Shown here: piece after piece, positions 58,724-64,000 of the stretch
How positions within the stretch are numbered: the stretch's first letter is position 1
How the letters are laid out: the number at the start of each line of letters is the position of its first letter
NCBI GenBank assembly: GCA_963718665.1
Contig: OY970359.1
Location: 64,001 to 128,000 of the forward strand
From: an uncultured Phycisphaerales bacterium
Lineage (GTDB): Bacteria; Planctomycetota; Phycisphaerae; Sedimentisphaerales; Anaerobacaceae
Reading direction: 5' to 3'
DNA length: 64,000 nucleotides
Notes under the pieces: generated by a model
Database searches by the model: none
What the model was told of the DNA's origin: nothing
The model's input: only the letters and a program-made list of their open reading frames with translations
Program-made: the position numbers and the translations under genes

Positions 58724-60492
58724 CAGTTTTGGGTCAAGGCGGCGAAATCGACAAAATCGACTCTGCCGCTTTGGTTAGTGTCCATACCATCGCACCAGCC
58801 GGGTGATGAGCAGGTCGTCGAGAGCCAGTTATCTGCGAATGCCGTCAGGATATTGATTTTTTCCAGATTCAGCGCGGCATTCGCGTCAACGAGGCCATAG
58901 CCGAAAATGTCGTCTCTGCCGGGCGAGCCAAGGTCCTGGGCGGAATCAAAAAGAATATTAGAAACTTCCGTTGGGGTAATATTGTAATTGGCAGCGGAGA
59001 AGATTAAAGCCGCGACACCCGCGACGTGAGGGCAGGCCATCGAGGTACCGCTGTAATAGGCATAATAATTCGCGTTGACCGTAACGGTGCCGGATATGCC
59101 CGACTGGGCGAGCGTCTGGAGTGTGGTGCCGTCGGCTTGTGAAATCGATACAACTACAAGAGGAGAGCCGCCATTTAAACTAAAGGTACTAATAGAATCG
59201 CTACCATTGTCTGAGATGATAACGCCGATGGCGCCTTTGGACTGGGCGTATGCCACTTTCGCGGCGAATGTGGTGGTGCCTCTGAGGATATGGGCGATGT
59301 TTCCAGCGACACTACTGGGGCAGGAATCCTGCTGGTCGGCGCCGGTAGCAAGGCCGCAATTGCAGATTGAACCGCTCACGATCCCGGCAGCCGTGCCAAG
59401 TATTGGGTATGACACGTGGTCAGTGCCGCTCCATACCACGTCGGCCGTTGCATCGGTAGAGTTAGTTTCGTCAACCGGACAAACAGTTGAGTACACATTC
59501 ACTCCCGGCGCCGCAAGCGCTATGGTCGGCCCATAATTTGAGAAACTCGCTATGTTTTTGTTCTGGTCAATTGCCGCGACGGAAATTACCGAAGACAAAG
59601 ACGCCGGGTAGAAAGGGGTGTTTGTGTCGCTATTTCCCGCTGCCGCGACCAGCAGCGTGCCGGCTGCGAGTGCGTTGCTGCAGGCGGTATCCAAAGCCGA
59701 CGAGTAGCTACTGCTGCCCAAGCTCATGCTGATGACTTTGGCGTTGTCATTGACTGCCCATTCAATGCCGGAGATAAGCCAGCTTATTTGACCAGAGCCG
59801 GTGTTGTCCATTACCTTGGCGATGAGTAAATCGGCCTGCGGGGCGACCCCGACAACGCCGATATTGTTATCCGCCGCCGCGATAGTGCCGGAAGTATGAG
59901 TGCCGTGGCCTAAAAAATCCTCCACGGGTATTATTGCACCGGTGTTGTCGGTCGCAAAACTCACCGAATCGACAACATTGCCCCTGTCGGGATGATACAT
60001 AGTTATTCCGGTATCCATAAGAGCAACTCGCACGCCTGCGCCTGTGGTTCGCGGCCATACTGTCGGGGCGTTGACCATAGTGATGCCGTAAGGAATGGTC
60101 TGGGAAGAAGACAAAGCGATAATGCCTGATGATGAATAAGCATTGGTATCGGGGCTGCCGAGCGCGTAAATTTTGTAGTCCGGCTCGATGTACTCAACGT
60201 CGGGATTTGCCCGAAGCTGCCTGACCTGGTTGGCGTCGAGACGAGCTGCTACAGCGGGAATAATATTGAAGTCGTGCGATACAGGGAAAGTCGGACGATT
60301 GAGCATATTTTGCTTTTGTGAATGGCTCCTGTAAACGACTATATAGTCATCCGATTGCGCTTTGACGGGCCGGACGATTAGCGATAATGCCGTAAAAAGT
60401 ACTGCCAAAAACAAGGTATTTGTATGTGTTAGTAACTTTCCTGAATATCTTGCCATAAATAAATTGTGCATACCCTGCCTTCCCAACATCAT
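58720..60492 (-). CDS. Secreted S8 subtilisin-like peptidase (I9 propeptide, PA domain, dockerin/EF-hand-like tail)
   Basis: Catalytic triad ALMDTG, GHGTHTSG, GTSMACPHVAG; AAAGN; PA insert RGTTTFAAKV..AQ..GA; tail DTNQSGRVDFVDFAAL..NW. Start uncertain. Confidence 0.93.
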   Translation of the reverse strand: MMLGRQGMHNLFMARYSGKLLTHTNTLFLAVLFTALSLIVRPVKAQSDDYIVVYRSHSQKQNMLNRPTFPVSHDFNIIPAVAARLDANQVRQLRANPDVEYIEPDYKIYALGSPDTNAYSSSGIIALSSSQTIPYGITMVNAPTVWPRTTGAGVRVALMDTGITMYHPDRGNVVDSVSFATDNTGAIIPVEDFLGHGTHTSGTIAAADNNIGVVGVAPQADLLIAKVMDNTGSGQISWLISGIEWAVNDNAKVISMSLGSSSYSSALDTACSNALAAGTLLVAAAGNSDTNTPFYPASLSSVISVAAIDQNKNIASFSNYGPTIALAAPGVNVYSTVCPVDETNSTDATADVVWSGTDHVSYPILGTAAGIVSGSICNCGLATGADQQDSCPSSVAGNIAHILRGTTTFAAKVAYAQSKGAIGVIISDNGSDSISTFSLNGGSPLVVVSISQADGTTLQTLAQSGISGTVTVNANYYAYYSGTSMACPHVAGVAALIFSAANYNITPTEVSNILFDSAQDLGSPGRDDIFGYGLVDANAALNLEKINILTAFADNWLSTTCSSPGWCDGMDTNQSGRVDFVDFAALTQNW

Positions 60493-60808
60493 ACGCCCGG
60501 CTATACAGCCGAGTCAAACCCCTGTCATACTATTGAGTATTATACAGTATTATACAGGCAAATCAGAGATACAGTTTTATAACAAATGATTAATTTTTAT
60601 AAGGTAAATCCCTACCGGAGCAGTTCTGCAGCGTATTGCACTTTGATTTTAATTTGCGGAAAGAAACTGCTTTTACTTTTTTGTCGTCCAATAATAAGTT
60701 TTTGTTGACATTTGGCAGCCAGCGTGAAGAATGTATTGTTTTAAGTTTAACGGGTTCAATAGAACCTATTGACAATTTCAAACCCCCTGATGAACAAGGA
60801 GAAGCGGT

Positions 60809-62790
60809 ATGGGCAACGAGAAAAAGGCAATCACATCATTGATGACAGAAGACAGAAAATTTGCGCCGCCGGCGTCAATCGCAGCCAGGGCGCACATCGG
60901 CAGTATGAAGCAATATCAACAGATGTGGGAGCAATCCATAAATGACCCCGACAAGTTCTGGCTCGAACAGGCCAAATCGCTGACCTGGTTCAAAGAGCCG
61001 AAAAAGGGCCTCGAATATACATGGGACACCAAAAATCGCAAAATTGAGCATACATGGTTCGCGGACGGGCAATTGAACGTTTCTTATAACTGCTTGGACA
61101 GGCATCTGAAAACAGCCGCGGCGAAGAAGACCGCGCTTATATGGCAGGGAGAAGAAGATAACGCTGTCAGGAAATACACTTATGAGCAACTGCACAAAGA
61201 GGTGTGCAAATTCGCCAACGTGCTTAAATCAAAGGGCGTAAAGAAAGGCGACCGCGTCGCCATATACCTGCCGATGGTCCCGGAACTGCCGGTTGCGATG
61301 CTGGCTTGTTCCAGAATCGGCGCGATTCACTCTATCGTCTTCGGCGGCTTCAGCGCCGACTCGCTCAAGGACAGGATTAACGATTCGAAATGCAAACTGC
61401 TCGTAACGAGCAACGTCTCGATGCGTTCGGGCAAACATATAAAGCTCAAAGACATCGCCGACGCTGCTCTTGCCAATACGCCAAGTATCGAAGGCGCAAT
61501 AGTTGTAAAGGTCGGCGAAGAACCCTGCAATATGAAGGCAGGCAGAGATACCTGGTATGCCGACGAAATGGCAAAGGCAAAAGACGATTGCGTTCCGGAG
61601 AAAATGAACGCCGAAGACCCCCTGTTCATCCTTTACACCTCCGGCTCAACGGGCAAACCAAAGGGCGTCGTGCATACCACGGGCGGATACCTGCTGCACG
61701 CGGCGCTCAGCCATAAGTTCATTTTTGACGTTCACGATAACGACGTTTTTTGGTGCACCGCCGACATCGGCTGGGTAACGGGGCACACTTATATCGTTTA
61801 CGGCCCACTTGCCAACGGCGCGACAAGCTTGGTGTTCGAGGGCGTGCCGACCTATCCCGACGCCGGACGCTTCTGGCAGGTCTGTGACAAGTTCGGCGTA
61901 ACCATTTTCTACACCGCCCCTACCGCTATTCGCTCCCTGATGCGACTCGGCGAGGAATGGCCCGCCAAATACAAACTCGACACCCTCAGAATCCTCGGCT
62001 CCGTCGGCGAACCCATCAACCCAGAAGCGTGGATTTGGTATTATGAGAAAATAGGACATAGTAAATGTCCCATCGTCGATACGTGGTGGCAGACGGAGAC
62101 AGGCAGCATACTTATTACGCCGCTGCCGGGGCGCATACGATAAAGCCGGGAAGCGCATGCAAGCCGTTCTTCGGCGTTGACCCCGTTATTCTGCGCGACG
62201 ACGGCAGCATGTGCTCCGTAAATGAGGGCGGTAAACTCTGCATACGCAAACCCTGGCCTGGGATGATGAGAACGATGTGGGGAGACCACGACAGGTTCAT
62301 CGATACATATTTTACGATGTTCCCTGATTTGTACTTCACTGGCGACGGCTGCCGGAAAGACCAGGACGGCGACTACTGGCTTATGGGAAGAATCGACGAC
62401 GTTGTAAACGTATCGGGCCACCGAATCGGCACGGCTGAGGTTGAAAGCGCATTAGTAAGCCACGAGAAGGTCGCCGAGGCCGCGGTAACGCCGGTTCCGC
62501 ACGATATAAAAGGACAGGGGCTGTATGCCTTCGTAACCCTTAAAGAAGGCGTCGCGGAAACCGAAGAGCTGAAAAAAGAACTGCTTCTGCACGTCCGCAA
62601 GGAGATTGGCCCCATCGCGGTGCCCGAGGCAATCCAGTTCGCTCACGGCCTGCCCAAAACCCGTTCGGGCAAAATTATGCGGAGAATCCTGCGAAAAATC
62701 GCCGAAGGCGACACATCGAACCTCGGCGATATCACCACCCTTGCTGACCCGACCGTTGTGGAATCGCTTGTAAAAGGAAGAGGCAAGTAA
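60809..62790 (+). CDS. acs: Acetyl-CoA synthetase, split by a 1-nt frameshift near 62130 (probable sequencing error)
   Basis: [39 protein letters not shown]; after the shift [29 protein letters not shown]. 1982 nt + 1 = 661 codons. Confidence 0.95.
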
Positions 62791-62828
62791 ATAAATTGCG
62801 GATTGCAGATTGACGATTGCGGATTTGC

Positions 62829-62901
62829 TGTCACTCCTGCGAAAGCAGGAGTCCAGAAAACATCTGTAATTGACTGGATTCCCGCTTTCGCGGGAATGAC
62901 A
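62829..62901. repeat. Inverted pair of GTCA(T/C)TCC.GC-GAAA-GC.GGA.TCCA palindromes
   Basis: TGTCACTCCTGCGAAAGCAGGAGTCCAG...CTGGATTCCCGCTTTCGCGGGAATGACA between acs and satP. Confidence 0.82.
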
Positions 62902-62935
62902 AAGGGAAATTTCATTTAAGGAAAAGGAAGAGAAT

Positions 62936-63526
62936 ATGGACGCAAACGTAACGGAACTGAAAGACAAGACGGGGAATCCTGCGCCCTTAGGGCTTCTGGG
63001 GTTCGGAATGACAACGGTCCTTTTAAACCTGCACAACGCGGGATTTTTCGGAATGGGTAGTATGATTCTTGCGATGGGCATATTTTACGGCGGACTCGCA
63101 CAGATTATCGCAGGCATAATGGAATGGAAGAAAGGCAATACCTTCGCGACAACGGCGTTCTGCTCCTACGGCCTTTTCTGGCTCACGTTAGTATGGCTCA
63201 TAGTCGCGCCGAAACTCGGATGGGCGGACGCCACGGCAAAAGAAGGAATGGCGGCGTACCTGTTTATGTGGGGCCTGTTTACGTTTGTGATGTTCATCGG
63301 CACTTTGAAATTGAACAGGGCTTTGCAGGTGGTTTTCCTGTCATTGGCGGTGCTGTTTGTAATGCTGGGAATCAAAGACCTTAACGGCAGCGCCGAACTT
63401 GGCACAGCAGCCGGCTACGAGGGCATATTCTGCGGTTTCTCAGCCATTTATACGGGCCTTGCGCAGGTTTTGAACGAGTGCTACGGCAGGATAGTATTGC
63501 CTTTGGGACCAGTGAAGAAAACGTAA
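62936..63526 (+). CDS. satP: Acetate/succinate uptake transporter (GPR1/FUN34/YaaH family)
   Basis: [31 protein letters not shown]; directly downstream of acs. Confidence 0.95.
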   Translation: MDANVTELKDKTGNPAPLGLLGFGMTTVLLNLHNAGFFGMGSMILAMGIFYGGLAQIIAGIMEWKKGNTFATTAFCSYGLFWLTLVWLIVAPKLGWADATAKEGMAAYLFMWGLFTFVMFIGTLKLNRALQVVFLSLAVLFVMLGIKDLNGSAELGTAAGYEGIFCGFSAIYTGLAQVLNECYGRIVLPLGPVKKT

Positions 63527-63756
63527 GACCACAGACGGAAGGGAGAAGGCAGAAGTTAGAAGGGAGAATTAGGAAGACGAAGGACGGAGGACTGGTTTCG
63601 TCGCTCGTGGCTCGTGCCTCGAAAATGGAAGACAGACGAAAGACCAGAGACGCAGGGCCACAGACAGAAGACAGAGAAAATCAGGATACCAGATAATCAG
63701 GTCATCAGGAAGAAAATGCTGATTAGGGTTTTTCTCTAAAAATCACATTTATCCAT

Positions 63757-64000
63757 TCACTTTGCCGGCGCGGTGGAAGCTCGAACAACCAAACTCTGCT
63801 GGAGTTTAACGCACTCAGGATGGAAATCGGCGGGCGATTTCAGCCGCTTAAGCAGCATATTCGCGGCCATTTGCCCCATTTGTCTTGAAGGAACAGCCAC
63901 GGTCGTCAGGGGCGGAGTAACAATGCTGCACAGGTACTCGTCATTAAAGCAAACCATGCTGACCTGCGATGGAATCGGAATTTCAAGCGTATGAGCTCCC
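63757..64000 (-). CDS. LacI-family regulator, C-terminal ligand-binding part (5' partial)
   Basis: IPSQVSMVCFND...PPLTTV...MG..AA..LL...LVVRAST; the frame is open to the window end. Confidence 0.88.
   Translation of the reverse strand, partial: GAHTLEIPIPSQVSMVCFNDEYLCSIVTPPLTTVAVPSRQMGQMAANMLLKRLKSPADFHPECVKLQQSLVVRASTAPAK

Overview
This 64-kb window is a bacterial chromosome segment of moderate GC. The PEP-CTERM protein, the dockerin/EF-hand-like 'DFVDFAALTQNW' tail and the intergenic microrepeats suggest Planctomycetota (Phycisphaerae/Sedimentisphaerales-like); this is an inference. Most genes are housekeeping: recR, pstSCABB-phoU, dnaX with SRP RNA, proC, cobO, tRNA-Tyr, coaX, an mnmE-like GTPase, mutS, glyQS, asnS, prmC, aroB, apt, a sigma-70 factor, rpsA, ispH and acs-satP. 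An accessory or defence-like zone at about 46.7-58.7 kb holds a methyltransferase-Mrr gene whose middle is replaced by a hydrolase gene, two HEPN-like proteins and two HNH-type proteins. The most notable observations: (1) a ~118-nt multi-stem intergenic element in three copies with compensatory base changes; (2) related 27-bp dif-like palindromes in inverted orientation bracketing the HEPN-TPR/HNH block; (3) a gamma-glutamylcyclotransferase fused to an amidoligase-like domain; (4) two PstB ATPases with complementary motif defects; (5) an A9 slippage site in dnaX with stops in both shifted frames; (6) three single-base deletions next to GCGC, probably sequencing artefacts. No CRISPR array, rRNA, integrase or transposase was found. 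All calls come from motif recognition by eye; no database searches were run.
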